DNA of 63,061 bases, counting the filler, from Phoronis australis (lineage: Eukaryota; Animalia; Phoronida): the NCBI GenBank assembly GCA_002633005.1. It is 12 parts of 12 records of this genome, joined end to end, with 100 filler letters (N's around TTAATTAATTAA, not from the genome) between each part and the next. Parts side by side here need not be neighbours in the genome. Positions count along the whole stretch, not along the records: positions 24,610 to 38,595 come from NMRA01001077.1; positions 38,696 to 40,105 come from NMRA01001849.1; positions 40,206 to 42,348 come from NMRA01003833.1; positions 42,449 to 45,048 come from NMRA01000978.1; positions 45,149 to 47,386 come from NMRA01003777.1; positions 47,487 to 53,181 come from NMRA01002290.1; 6 more parts are not named here. One strand, given 5' to 3'. This document shows positions 37,659-49,054 of this stretch, in pieces. Position numbers and translations under genes: made by a program. Numbering within the stretch: position 1 is the stretch's first letter; each line of letters begins with the position of its first letter. Below the pieces are notes generated by a model that worked only from the letters and a program-made list of their open reading frames with translations, had not been told where the DNA came from and did no database searches.

Positions 37659-38595
37659 TGTCAGAATATGGTCTGACATTATTATTAGTTGTATTGTTTT
37701 GTTTTGTTATTCAGTTTGATTTGCATGACCCCTGGGTTAAGTACATTGATGATGTAATTTGTTTACTACAGAATAGTATGGAACTTTCTAGAAGACTGAG
37801 TTCAGAACAGTGATGATGTAATTTGTTTACTACAGTATAGTGTGGAACTTTCTAGAAGACTGTAGCATGACAGTGATTGATGAAGTCTGGAATATTCAAG
37901 AGACTAGTACATGTTTGTAGAATGATTGGGTAGGTTCCAGAAAGTTCTGGTATGTGCTTGAATTGATGAAAAGTTCCAGAACAATGCATTAGGCTATAAA
38001 TACACAAGCACGGGTTTGTGTTAGTCACTTGAGTCCAAGAAGATCAAGTCACTTGAGTCCAAGAAGATCAAGTCAGTTGAGTCCAAGAAGATCAAGTCGG
38101 GAGATCAAGTAACTTCAAGAAATTTAATCAGGAGAACTACAGTTAAGTTGCAGTGAAGAGAATCAGCAGTTACAGCGATAGTCAATAGAGAGCCAGCTAT
38201 AGAGACAGCAGATTATTGAATTAACGAGTGTAACAGTTGCTGAACGTGTCTCAGAAGTTCATCACAAGTCAAGGCTTCGCAGCACTGGCTGGAGCATAGA
38301 CAGACATTACGTCGGACGTTTTGTTTGAGTAGGCTTGTGAACGTACGGTCGGGATTAATAAAGGATTAATTCGAACCAGTCTTCAGTCAATCTTCGCACC
38401 GAAAGCTATTAGCACCGGTCTGTAACAACCTGCGCCCACCCACACACGGGGAAAAACGTGACAATTGGCGAGCACGCCAGGAGCTTACTGACGGCAACAA
38501 GGTGTGATAAAGTGGACTGTTGGAATTAGCGACTCACTATGGAGACAAGATCTCAACTAAGAGAGTTGATGGCCCTCGGACAAGAAATGGGTCTG
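37659..38595 (+). mobile_element. Gypsy/Ty3-type LTR retrotransposon 5' end: LTR 37659-38463, PBS 38466-38483, gag start 38539
   Basis: TGTCA...TGACA termini, TATAAA at ~37995, AATAAA at ~38357, PBS TGGCGAGCACGCCAGGAG. ORF METRSQLRELMALGQEMGL resembles invertebrate Gypsy gag N-termini. The LTR 3' end is confirmed by the related copy at 62225. Confidence 0.8.
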
Positions 38596-38695
38596 NNNNN
38601 NNNNNNNNNNNNNNNNNNNNNNNNNNNNNNNNNNNNNNNTTAATTAATTAANNNNNNNNNNNNNNNNNNNNNNNNNNNNNNNNNNNNNNNNNNNN

Positions 38696-38803
38696 TAAGA
38701 AGTTGGAGGAGCAAGCTGCCAAGCAAAGGGAAAAGGAGCGAGAGATAGAGATGAGAGCAGAGCAGAAGAAGGCTGAAGCTTTGAGGGAACAGGAGCGGGT
38801 CAG
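38696..38803 (+). CDS. EIF3A: Translation initiation factor eIF3 subunit A, C-terminal region; partial exon
   Basis: KKLEEQAAKQREKEREIEMRAEQKKAEALREQERV. Phase-2 donor AG|GTAAGG at 38804. Confidence 0.75.
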
Positions 38804-39125
38804 GTAAGGGTAGGGTAGTGAAAGGTCATGGAGGGTCAGAAAGTGGCAGATAGAGATGAGAGCAGACCAGAAGGCTGAGGTTCTTAGGAAACTGGAGAGG
38901 GTTGATTAAAACTATGGTAGTGGAGTGTGATGGTAGTTGAGTGTGGGGAACATGAGTCTGAGGCTGTGAGACAGCAGAGCAGTCGTTGGGAGAGTCATGC
39001 AGAGTAAGGTTGAGGAAGCAGAGGAAGACCAAGATTATAGAAAGATCAAGATTGAGTAAATGTAGTGTAACACTTAATATTTTCCAGTACTGTGGTTTAC
39101 TGATTGTTTCTTCCCGTCATTGTAG

Positions 39126-39221
39126 AGAAGACAAGCCAGTTGGTCCGTGGCGTCCAGGAGCCAGAGATGGAGGAGGTTGGAGAGCAAGAGAGAAGGAAAG
39201 GGAGGAAAGTTGGAGGAAGAA
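39126..39221 (+). CDS. EIF3A: eIF3a exon
   Basis: Acceptor TGTAG. (R)EDKPVGPWRPGARDGGGWRAREKEREESWRK matches the eIF3a pattern GGWR.RE..REESW. Phase 2-2, donor GTAAGA. Confidence 0.8.
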
Positions 39222-39865
39222 GTAAGAGCTTTTATCTTAAGCATGTGAATGCTAGCCACTACTGGACATTGTGGCCATCTTTGCAACTGGTCTTATGATC
39301 ACTAGAATTAAGCCGAATAGTGTTTTACCACATCTTATTCTTTCAGAATCTATCGGGATTTGTGCAAGTATTTTTTCTCAAAATGCATGTGCTTTGTTAT
39401 TATGGTCAGCATACCTGTGCTGTCAATTGTCTGAATCTGTTTTCTCGTTTTTTTTTTGTGCAGTTATAACTGCAGCTCCTCGAGGCGTTGCCATGTGTGT
39501 CATGTACGCTCAATGGTGTCATAGAGGGGCGAACATTAAAGATATTTGTCTACCCCAAGCACAGCTACTGTCTGTGTTAGGCTATGAAAAAATATCAACA
39601 GTTATTCATTCCGTTATTTGTAATTTTACTAGAGAAGGGTCGAGGATGACTGGATCAAAACTGCATGCCTTGCCATCATGATAACATGCCACTTTTTTAA
39701 AACACTACCTTAATGGATTCATTCATTTAGTTTTGGGAAGAAAGAACTTCGTTGAAAATGGTCAGGACAGTTGCTTTTTTCTTTCAAGAGAGAGATGCAG
39801 ATTTCAAAATGAGTTGAGTGCAGACCAGAACCAAGTAAGCTATTTTTAGTCTTTAATTTTGACAG

Positions 39866-40105
39866 GGACGCAGAATTTGGGCAGGATGAGGGTCGTTGGA
39901 GACGGGATGAACCTCGTCCGAAAGATGAAGGTCGTTGGAGACGGGATGAGCCACCTCCAAGGGACGATGGTCGCTGGAGACGAGATGAACCCCCTCCAAG
40001 AGATGAAGGAAGATCTAGGCGAGATGATTACCCACCTCGCGATGAGGGTCGCTGGAGGAGAGATGAGCCTCCGCCACGAGATGAGGGCCGCTGGAGGAGA
40101 GATGA
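39866..40105 (+). CDS. EIF3A: eIF3a C-terminal Asp/Arg-rich repeat exon, cut by a linker
   Basis: Acceptor TTTTGACAG, in phase. Reads DAEFGQ followed by ~5.6 copies of DEGRWRRDEPPPR with synonymous variation between units. Confidence 0.75.
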
Positions 40106-40205
40106 NNNNNNNNNNNNNNNNNNNNNNNNNNNNNNNNNNNNNNNNNNNNTTAATTAATTAANNNNNNNNNNNNNNNNNNNNNNNNNNNNNNNNNNNNNNN
40201 NNNNN

Positions 40206-40274
40206 TCGTTATGGAGTAGGACTACTCGATCTAAATTGATACAAATTAGGTTGTTTTTTGGGTGGCATTCTCCT
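40206..40274 (+). mobile_element. Right terminus of the Kolobok-like family
   Basis: ...GGGTGGCATTCTCCT|TTAA, homologous to ~61516-61587. Confidence 0.75.
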
Positions 40275-41195
40275 TTAATGTATTTTTGTAATGTTGGATG
40301 GAATAGCGGTCTTGAAGTTATTACCTTTGACCAGAGCTCAAAACAATAAAATTTGTTTGTGTTTTTATTAAAAAACGCCAATTTTCACCGTTTTCTGCCA
40401 AATATTTGCAGAAATCGAGCCAAGGCCGTTGACTTCGCCAGTTCATGTGGCAACAAACCACCGTTCCATCGAAGCAACTAAATTTACTTTACACCACTTA
40501 CATTAGCAAAAATTGTCTAAACTTGTCCCTTACTCGAATGAGAAGTGATTTTTGGTCGTGCAAAGAATTGACTATTCGTTATTGCTCGATACCATTAAAA
40601 TGACATGCCGTGACCATTCAACTTGTAGACGGAGCCTGGTCTGTTCTTACCAAGGCGGAACATCACATCTGTTTTCAAAGGAGAGAGACTAGTTTTATAG
40701 CGGTAAACGATCTAAGTCAAAAGTTAGTTCCTATGGCAGAAGGCGAGTTTAAAGCCGATTTATTGCGCTCTGCTACTTATCGAGTGCGTTCACCTCCACC
40801 AGCAGAGCGTTTGTCAGCGAGCCCGACGGTCCCAGACTCGAATCCGCATCGAGGCTTATCTCAGAAAAAACTCTTTTCTTTCCCGATAATGTCATTTTAA
40901 ACCCCGTGCATAGTACCCTGCAGAGGAACCAAAAATTTGTGTTTGATGGACATCACCGCAGTGACGGGCACCGTGCCGATGTGGCATCGGTGTCGCCTGC
41001 GGAGTGAAATTTGTTGCAGACGGAGCGTGCGTGGCCTGGTGCCAGGGTATGCCGGCTGGGATGGCGCAAAAACTAACAAGGTTTCATGCCAACTTAGATG
41101 GCACTATAGTTTAGTAGCATTGAGACAGAAATGATTTATCATACGAAAGATTGGAGAAGTTCTTAAAACTCTCATCAGTTTCGACATTGTTTATT

Positions 41196-41503
41196 CTATC
41201 TTTTCAAACGCGGTCCGTGGTCCCCTGCAACGTCATGGGCAATATCTTTAATATCCTGCAGTGCCTCTCTCTCGCCTTCCGTGAACTCGTGATATTTAAC
41301 CTTTCTTCTCCCTCTCGCGTCTTTTTCCACCGTAACCCCCGGAATGTATGAATCTGCCAAGTTTGCAGCTCTATCCTTCAGTTTTTTAGGACTACACAAC
41401 CACCAGACGCAGCTACNATGAGTCCAACCAAAACGGAGCAGACGATCACAGTGACCTTCACCTCGTAAGTCCACCAGTCAATCGGCGAAGTGTTCTCTTC
41501 ACC
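41196..41503 (-). CDS. Probable terminal exon of an unidentified single-pass membrane protein, with a frame break at the ambiguous base 41417
   Basis: Acceptor TCTTGCAG, then GEENTSPIDWWTYEVKVTVIVCSVLVGL. In the shifted frame after the N: SCVWWLCSPKKLKDRAANLADSYIPGVTVEKDARGRRKVKYHEFTEGEREALQDIKDIAHDVAGDHGPRLKR*. Hydrophobic helix followed by a basic stop-transfer segment. Confidence 0.5.
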
Positions 41504-44500
41504 CTGCAAGACATCGTACATAACTTAAAGCAGCTGCAAAACTCGAGTTCACCAAAGACGAACTTTTGGTTTTGACCATGCTCGATGCATTAAAGTGACA
41601 CGCCGTGATAAGCCAACTTAATTGTAGTACCTGTTATCAACCAATAACGAACTGTGAGATCTTTCAGGCAAAGAACAGGAAGCACATGTCTAATTCATGA
41701 CTTTGGAAAACTCTGATACCAACTGATAATGATAGGTGTGATGGAACGCTTGCTTATACCCGCTTAAGGTGACGCATTTTTCTGCTTCCAGTTCACTGTA
41801 TATGTGCATGTATGTGGTTATGATGACTGGGCTGGTACGTGAAAACATTCATTGAATTATTTGAAATAAAATTATAGGCTACGCTTTTGTATACAAACGT
41901 TACTTCGAGAAAAAGGGCAAACCTTTCAGTTTAAGAAATTATAACATTATTTTGTAAATATAAGTGTCTGATACATTGTAGATAGAGTGCTAAACGTTCA
42001 CATTTTATTGATTCTAATGAAATCTTGTCACTTTACTAACGTCACTTTCTTGTTTTCTGTAATTCAGCTGTGACAGTCATGTCTTATAGTGTTAGTACAT
42101 CAACAGAAATTCAAAAATTAAAGTTAAAGAACCTTTTAAATATTCGCTACTTGCGCGAATTCGCCATTATGCTTGTAAGGTGTTGTGTTCAGACTACAAT
42201 GGTTCTGCTTGTTTGGAACTTGTGCGCATCCACGTTTGCGATCTTAAAATCGATGCTAAAACGAGGCATTATGCCCTAAACAACAGTGCACATCAATCCT
42301 TTTTACAGCGCCACGAAAGTGTGCAAGTAGTGATGTTATCATAGAGTANNNNNNNNNNNNNNNNNNNNNNNNNNNNNNNNNNNNNNNNNNNNTTAATTAA
42401 TTAANNNNNNNNNNNNNNNNNNNNNNNNNNNNNNNNNNNNNNNNNNNNTACATGTAGGTGCCCCTCAAGTTTGAATAAATATACAAGACAACACTGCGGA
42501 GTTGAATCATTACGAGGGCTTGTACATTTTTGGCAGAACTAGTATGGACTTAAAATTACGACTTTAAATTATAATGAACAATTTAAATGAACAATCATAC
42601 CCCTTGTTCTGAAATTATCCTGAAGCTCTTGCAAAGTTTTTGTTAATGCAGTAGGTTGTCTCAAGAATCTGTTCTGTTTTTAACTGCTCATACCGTAGAT
42701 TGTGTATTCGGTTAAGGGGTTTCCAGGCGTTTTATTAACACACATGTAAAATAACCTCTCGTGCGTTAATTCGGAAATTGGGTTTTTTAAACGAAAATTC
42801 ATAGTTTTGCTGACTTTGACATTTTTTACTCGAAACTGTGTTTTTTTAAATTTTATGTTAATAAATGCATAATTCGTCAACACCTTTTTAGTTTTATAAA
42901 TGATAAATACTCCACAAAACTGAATTTGTGACAACCAGTTGATGCTGAGTGTGGACATTTTCCGAAAAAACGCCAGACAATTTGGGTAATTGAAATCATA
43001 AGTTGTAACACCATCGCCGTTCATTCCGCATAACTTTCGGAATAAGCGCCCTTGGGCGTTTCATCGGGTGGGCTTACCTACGGAAAATCACAGTATGTTA
43101 GCGTATATCCTGAAGACGCACTACAAAACGCATCCATTTGTTTATGCATTCGTGTGAAGACCATGAATGGAAATTTCATTCGTTTTTGATGTAAGACACG
43201 TTTTAATGGTGAAACTGTTCATAGAGCTTTGTGTTCTTACTGACTGGGCAATTTTGAAGCGTGTACATTGTTTATTTTTCTAATTGGCAAGAGTGAGTTT
43301 TCAAGGCCCATGACCTGGACGTTTTTTAAATATTGTAGCAATTGCTTGATGCTGTTTAATGCATTTTAGTATAAAAACGTAGTTTTTTTCGGAGTACGAC
43401 CAACTCTGCTCCTGCATATCACTATTCCTCATGTTATTGCTTTAATTTATTATTTGTGAAAATAGTTTGTTTGATATAATGAACCAACTCTTTGATTGGT
43501 CTCTCAAACAGAAGATGAGATTTAAACCTGAAAAAGTGTGGATCTTATATTTTCTAAGTCTATTAACACTCATTTCCAAACATATCCAATGCTGGACCTA
43601 TCATTCAATGTGGATATTATTCCCAAGAGGTACACATAAACACCTTGTGTTGCTATTAGCTTACATTTACTACCCACTGTCGAAAACTCGTTCATAATGT
43701 ACAACAATTAATTAATCCAATTAGAATCGTCTCTCGTCATCTCAACTCCATGCATCTTGAAACTCTGTTCAAGTCTGTTATACCTTTACCTCTAGATTAC
43801 CATGCAAACAGCAATTGCATACTTCTTCTATTAGAAAGGCAGTTTTAACCATTACAGGTACAGTGTACATACAAAGGATCCAACACAACCAAGGATCAAA
43901 ATAGTTTCAACTGGAGCCATGTAGCCACAAAAGTCCCTTTGACTCTTACAAAAGACTTAATACAAGCCCATGACTGCTGCAAAGTAAATTTATGCACTAT
44001 TCCATCTTCCCTCATCTAAGTATTTAAGAGATCTACGATATTAAATTGCTTTGACAACTGAAATTCCTTACTATCCAAAATAAAAGGAAGGACTTCAGTG
44101 GTCACTCTAAAATAACTTTAAACTGCATGCAATTACTCTAGACTTGCGAGTTCCATTAAGATCATTCTAACTTTCTCGCAACCAATCATCCTATACAGAC
44201 CAAGATGCAACAAAAACTTAGACTTAATTTTTATTATATTTCACCTCTTTTTTCCTTTTGGTGACACTCAGACAAATGCTTAAATTTTCTTTGCTTTTAC
44301 GGTATGCGGGGAGAAAAGGGCACAGCTTTTATAGAGATCCAAAAGTACCTCTAACCTTTACAAAAATATACAGGTCTTCCTCAAATGTATAAACGAATTA
44401 TTTTTTTTTCTAAATGGATGTAAATAACTTCACGTAAATTAACATAAGACTTTATTCGAAACAGTTTCAAAACTTCCTTTAATATTAAATTTCTTTGTGT

Positions 44501-45252
44501 TCGTCGGTAACATTGTATACATGTGCTTATTTTTGAATCACCATTTTGACTGTGAAATAACTTATTGTGTATGGAAATGATTTATTTGTATTGGTATTCA
44601 TATTTATATTTAAAACATGGCATTGTATTATTTTAGCATCAGTTTACCAATTTATGAATAATTGTGTAGGCCCCTATACTTTTCTTTGTATTGTACTGCT
44701 TAGCCCAGATACAATGCCCTTGACGCTTTTTGAGTCTGTATTTTTATTGTATTGACTATTTCATAATAAACATTCAAAAAATTATAATGAGTCAAAATTG
44801 GGAGGAATTTGTACGTAGATACTTTTTTCAAATGAGTGCGTGAGGGCAGGCCGTAAATACGCATGTGTAGAATAGTCTGGGTTTATGCATGTATGAACCA
44901 CACGCTAGAGCATAGATTTTTCGGAAATACGTACGTGCTCGGAATATGAACTGTTACTTTGCATTTCTACGGACTTTTCAGGGCGGATTATTGCTCTGGT
45001 TGCAACCACTATTTCGTGTTGCACGGGCAATTAGTTGAAAATGGCTGTNNNNNNNNNNNNNNNNNNNNNNNNNNNNNNNNNNNNNNNNNNNNTTAATTAA
45101 TTAANNNNNNNNNNNNNNNNNNNNNNNNNNNNNNNNNNNNNNNNNNNNGGTGTTCCTAGTCTTTGTAACGTATTAATTGTTTAAATTCATTTGATCACAT
45201 GTCACTATAATAAAAAAATACTTAGTTACTTACTTACTTACTTACTTACTTA

Positions 45253-47386
45253 TAGCCGCTAGATTCATGTTGACTAGAGCGCAGAATGAGTACAGGAGTC
45301 CGAAGTTAAAAGCGTTCTTACAAAGGAGTTTTGCTCTTTTTGAGGTTGTAGACCATGAAAAATAATTTCTTAACACAAAATATAACTAGACAAGTACCTA
45401 TTATGGGAAATAATTGAGGAATTTCATATTTCAACATAGAGTCAATGATTTTTCGTTTCAGCTACGTGATGACATCTTGGAAAACGTTGATGAGTTGAGA
45501 GGACTTACTAAGTTACGAAGACTCTGAGTGCGATCTTTAGGAAATATTATGAAGACAGATATGGCGATGAGGATGGAGATGACAAATGTACAGGCTGTAA
45601 AGGAAACGGGTAAATGACTAAGACCGCGCCATATCAGCAGACTTTGCGTGTTTCAAGCTTTGCAAACTCTTACCTCCCGCACCGGCGTACGAACTGTAAA
45701 GCAAAGCGAAGTTTTTACAAGGACTAAGACGGTAGTCAATACCTAACCGAAACGAGATTTTTTGGTACTGTTCGGAACAGTACGGAAATCTTGAAATCAA
45801 GCTTGCACCGAACTTCCACGCGTTGCAGCACCTTCAGCTCATTATTTGTGCTGAGTATGAGCAAAACTTGTAATATATTTTTTCGAAACGACTACCCGTG
45901 AGAAAAACTGACCTACGGTGGGTTCGTTTTGCTTCGACACGACGGCGTATACAACTGCTGGTTACCAGCAATGTAGTTCCTCCCACAATGGTATTGAGAA
46001 CCAGTTTTTACTAGAAAGGTTCTTAACGGTAACATATTGTAGACATAACAGTATGTCAAAATAAGTGAATATGTCGTTTGTGTTGCAGTATTTAACTCAT
46101 GAAATTTTAAAAACGAATCCTGGTAATCTTGAGATAGTTTACGCGAACGTTTTTTGAAATAAAAATATTTAGGCTACGAACGTACATTTACACTACGTAG
46201 ATTTTCCATTAGTGGTGCGATCACGCACACGCATCTGTTGACTATATTGTCAACTTACAACAATAGAAAAGTCCCGCAAAAATAAATTAAGTATTGATAA
46301 AAATATTGTTTCAATAAATGCGTTGCACCGACAGTGTTGGTTCTGGTCAGCTCGTTTGGTACAACTATTTAGTTAAAAATTCCAAACAAAAATTGTTTTT
46401 TGACACCTTTCTTTAAGGTGGTACCCGGTTTTGGTCAGGGCTCTAAAGTGTAACTTAGTACAACTTAATGGATTCGGNAGGTTTGCCGGGTGATTCCAGG
46501 AACGGCTTGGGTGTAGAAAAGCAAAACATCCTCATTGCCAAATATGTTGTGTTCGGAAGCTGACAATACAAAACGTGCAGAGACAAATCATACAGCTGTG
46601 TGTATCACAGCTTTTAGTCAATCAAGCCACGCTGTACAGAGGGCCATACTTTGCGGGAGTGCGTGAGACAATAACACATACAAAACACTAGCCACGTCGG
46701 AGAAATATCAAAGCAGGTATGCACTGTGTCAATCCTTTACTTTATGGCATTGCATTCGAGGCCAGAGACCCAAAGTACGACGACAAGCATATGTACAACC
46801 TCAGTTAAATACAGCACACCGAGTTAAAAAACTTTTCTCTAAGCACGGAGACTTAATATACTAATTTTACAATGTTTGCATCTGGAGTCTTCATAATCTT
46901 GTTGAAATATCAGAAAGCGTTATGGTTATCAAAATTGTCATTCAAATATTGCTGACGGAGCTCTACATAAGCTTTACAAACAAAAAAGTGCATTTCGTCT
47001 TCAACGTAGTTCATAAAAGCAAATTATATTTTAGTAACAGTAGTTAATTTTGTTTTCCTTCCCGTTTCCACTCTCACTTTGTGATTAACACACAATGTAA
47101 TCACTCTGTTCATTTTAGCCACGAGCCTCCTGTTCACTAGAGCACAGAATGAGTACAGGGTCCGAAGTTAAAGCGTTCTTACAATGAAATTTCGCTCTTT
47201 TTGAGGTTGTAGACCATGAAAAATAATTTCTTAACAAAAAATGTAACTAAGCAAGTACTTATTTTGGGACATACTTGTTGAATTTCATATCTTAATATAG
47301 AGTTAATGACTTTTCGTTTCCAGCCACGTGATGACATCATTGGAAAACGCTTATTAATTGAGAAGATCTATCAAGTTACGAAGACT
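45253..47386 (+). repeat. Two diverged ~270-bp direct repeats (45253-45523 and 47116-47386); (TTAC)n tract at ~45218-45252
   Basis: Shared ACTAGAGC(G/A)CAGAATGAGTACAGG...GAGGTTGTAGACCATGAAAAATAATTTCTTAAC...TTACGAAGACT. Confidence 0.8.
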
Positions 47387-47486
47387 NNNNNNNNNNNNNN
47401 NNNNNNNNNNNNNNNNNNNNNNNNNNNNNNTTAATTAATTAANNNNNNNNNNNNNNNNNNNNNNNNNNNNNNNNNNNNNNNNNNNN

Positions 47487-47868
47487 TGGTGAAAATTCTC
47501 CACAGAACGTGGGGCATGTAGAAAATGGCAGCCATTGACATCAAAATAAACGGAACCCATTGATAATAGCTAAGTTCTCTCTTCCGTCTCTCTGGCAATT
47601 CAAATGGGATGTTCTCCTCCTGAGGCACGTGGTAAGTGTTTGAAATCCAACACACATTGTTCATGTACCTCTCGTGGTTGCTGCCACATTGATCGATACA
47701 CCAACAGGAGATGGGATAGCCGACATATTGCTTGGTGCTGACGATGAGAGTGGATAGGAACAAAAGACCTAGTGTGTAGCGATGGCTGAGGCGATCAAAA
47801 AAGTCGTCGTCGTAGTGTAGTGACGAAAGTTTGGCAACTTCGCCAATGACGTCCAGAAAGTTTGTCAT
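47487..47868 (-). CDS. inx: Innexin (gap-junction/hemichannel protein): N-terminus, TM1, ECL1 and TM2; cut by a linker
   Basis: MTNFLDVIGEVAKLSSLHYDDDFFDRLSHRYT...KQYVGYPISCWC...CWISNTY...SYYQWVPFILMSMAAIFYMPHVLWR carries the DDDxxDRL, QYVG.PI.C, CW...TY and YYQWVP signatures. Acceptor TTTCAG lies 1 nt before the ATG. Confidence 0.96.
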
Positions 47869-48734
47869 TCTGAAATGAGAACGCGTCATTGTTGAACAAA
47901 AATCTATGTTATTTCCCACTGTCCAGTGGCTGCAATACTCATCGGACACTGACCAGACGTCTTGACCGGTCTCTCGGAAAACATGTTTTTCTTTAACGAG
48001 AAACTACCAACGCTCTCAATTGAGAAAACCGACGGAATCATTAGGAGTGGCCCGTGGGAAAACAAAAACGGACAAACGACGCTTGTAAAAACACACGCAA
48101 AATAACTCACCGAAACTGGTTGTTTCTTGTGCGTACATAAAATGAGGAAAATTTCGTTAAAAGTTTAAACTCAAAAGCTACACGAGGCACTTAAATCTAC
48201 TTACTCTCAGTCGAAGGACGTTTTTCGAAATGCTTGAATTCGTCCATCTAAGTGAAGGCTTGTTTCAGTGATAACGAGTTTTTGATAATTAACGTCATTT
48301 TGCGAACATATAAATAGACGATGCGCCTGGCAATGTTATTGCATGAGTCGTCTAACTCTCAAAATATTTACGCAGTCTACTCACCAAGCAATGATGAGTT
48401 CCATCTATTGCGTCTAAATTAGCCAAATTTGGAATAAATGACGAAACGACCCATTAGAAAACTTACTGCAACAGCTATAAAAAAATAGACGGACTGAACG
48501 CTGGATAGTAACAAAACTGTTAGTTTAATGGGACCTAGTCTAACAACAACTCGAACATCAGAGTGGATCTAATTTGTAACTAGACTGACTCTATTGACAT
48601 TTTAACCATTTTCGTCCTGAGAAACTTTTTTAATATCGCAAAAATACCCTACGCTTAAAAACAGAATTGATAATTTCTACGGTGGCCCGAAAGTATCATC
48701 GCTACTTTTGTTTAAATATTTTTTCATTTTTCAT

Positions 48735-49054
48735 TTTCCACATAGGTGGAAATAATTCAACCTAGGTGGAAACTATTTTCACCCGGGTGGAAACTATTTT
48801 CACCTAGGTGGAAACTATTTTCACCCGGGTGGAAACTATTTTCACCTAGGTGGAAACTATTTTCACCCGGGTGGAAACTATTTTCACCTGGGTGGAAACT
48901 ATTTTCACCCGGGTGGAAATTATTTCAACCTAGGTGGAAATTATTTTCACCCGGGTGGAAATTATTTCAACCTAGGTGGAAATTATTTTCACCCGGGTGG
49001 AAACTATTTCAACCTAGGTGGAAATTATTTTCACCCGGGTGGAAATTATTTTCA
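48735..49054. repeat. 21-bp palindromic minisatellite, ~15 units, arranged as a 42-bp higher-order dimer
   Basis: Unit GGTGGAAA(C/T)TATTTTCACC(CG/TA). Cores fall every 21 nt from 48761 to 49034, alternating CCTAGG and CCCGGG. Confidence 0.95.

Noticed and set aside
39789-39834. Possible small eIF3a exon (AG...GTAAGC)
   Set aside because: 46 nt would break the frame and leave only a 31-nt intron.
39859-40161. ORF MTGTQNLGRMRVVGDG...
   Set aside because: Shadow frame of the eIF3a repeat exon; splice phase supports the DEGRWRRD frame.
40790-40860. tRNA or SINE-like head (GACTCGAATCC, B-box-like)
   Set aside because: No cloverleaf, degenerate boxes, and no second copy in the window.
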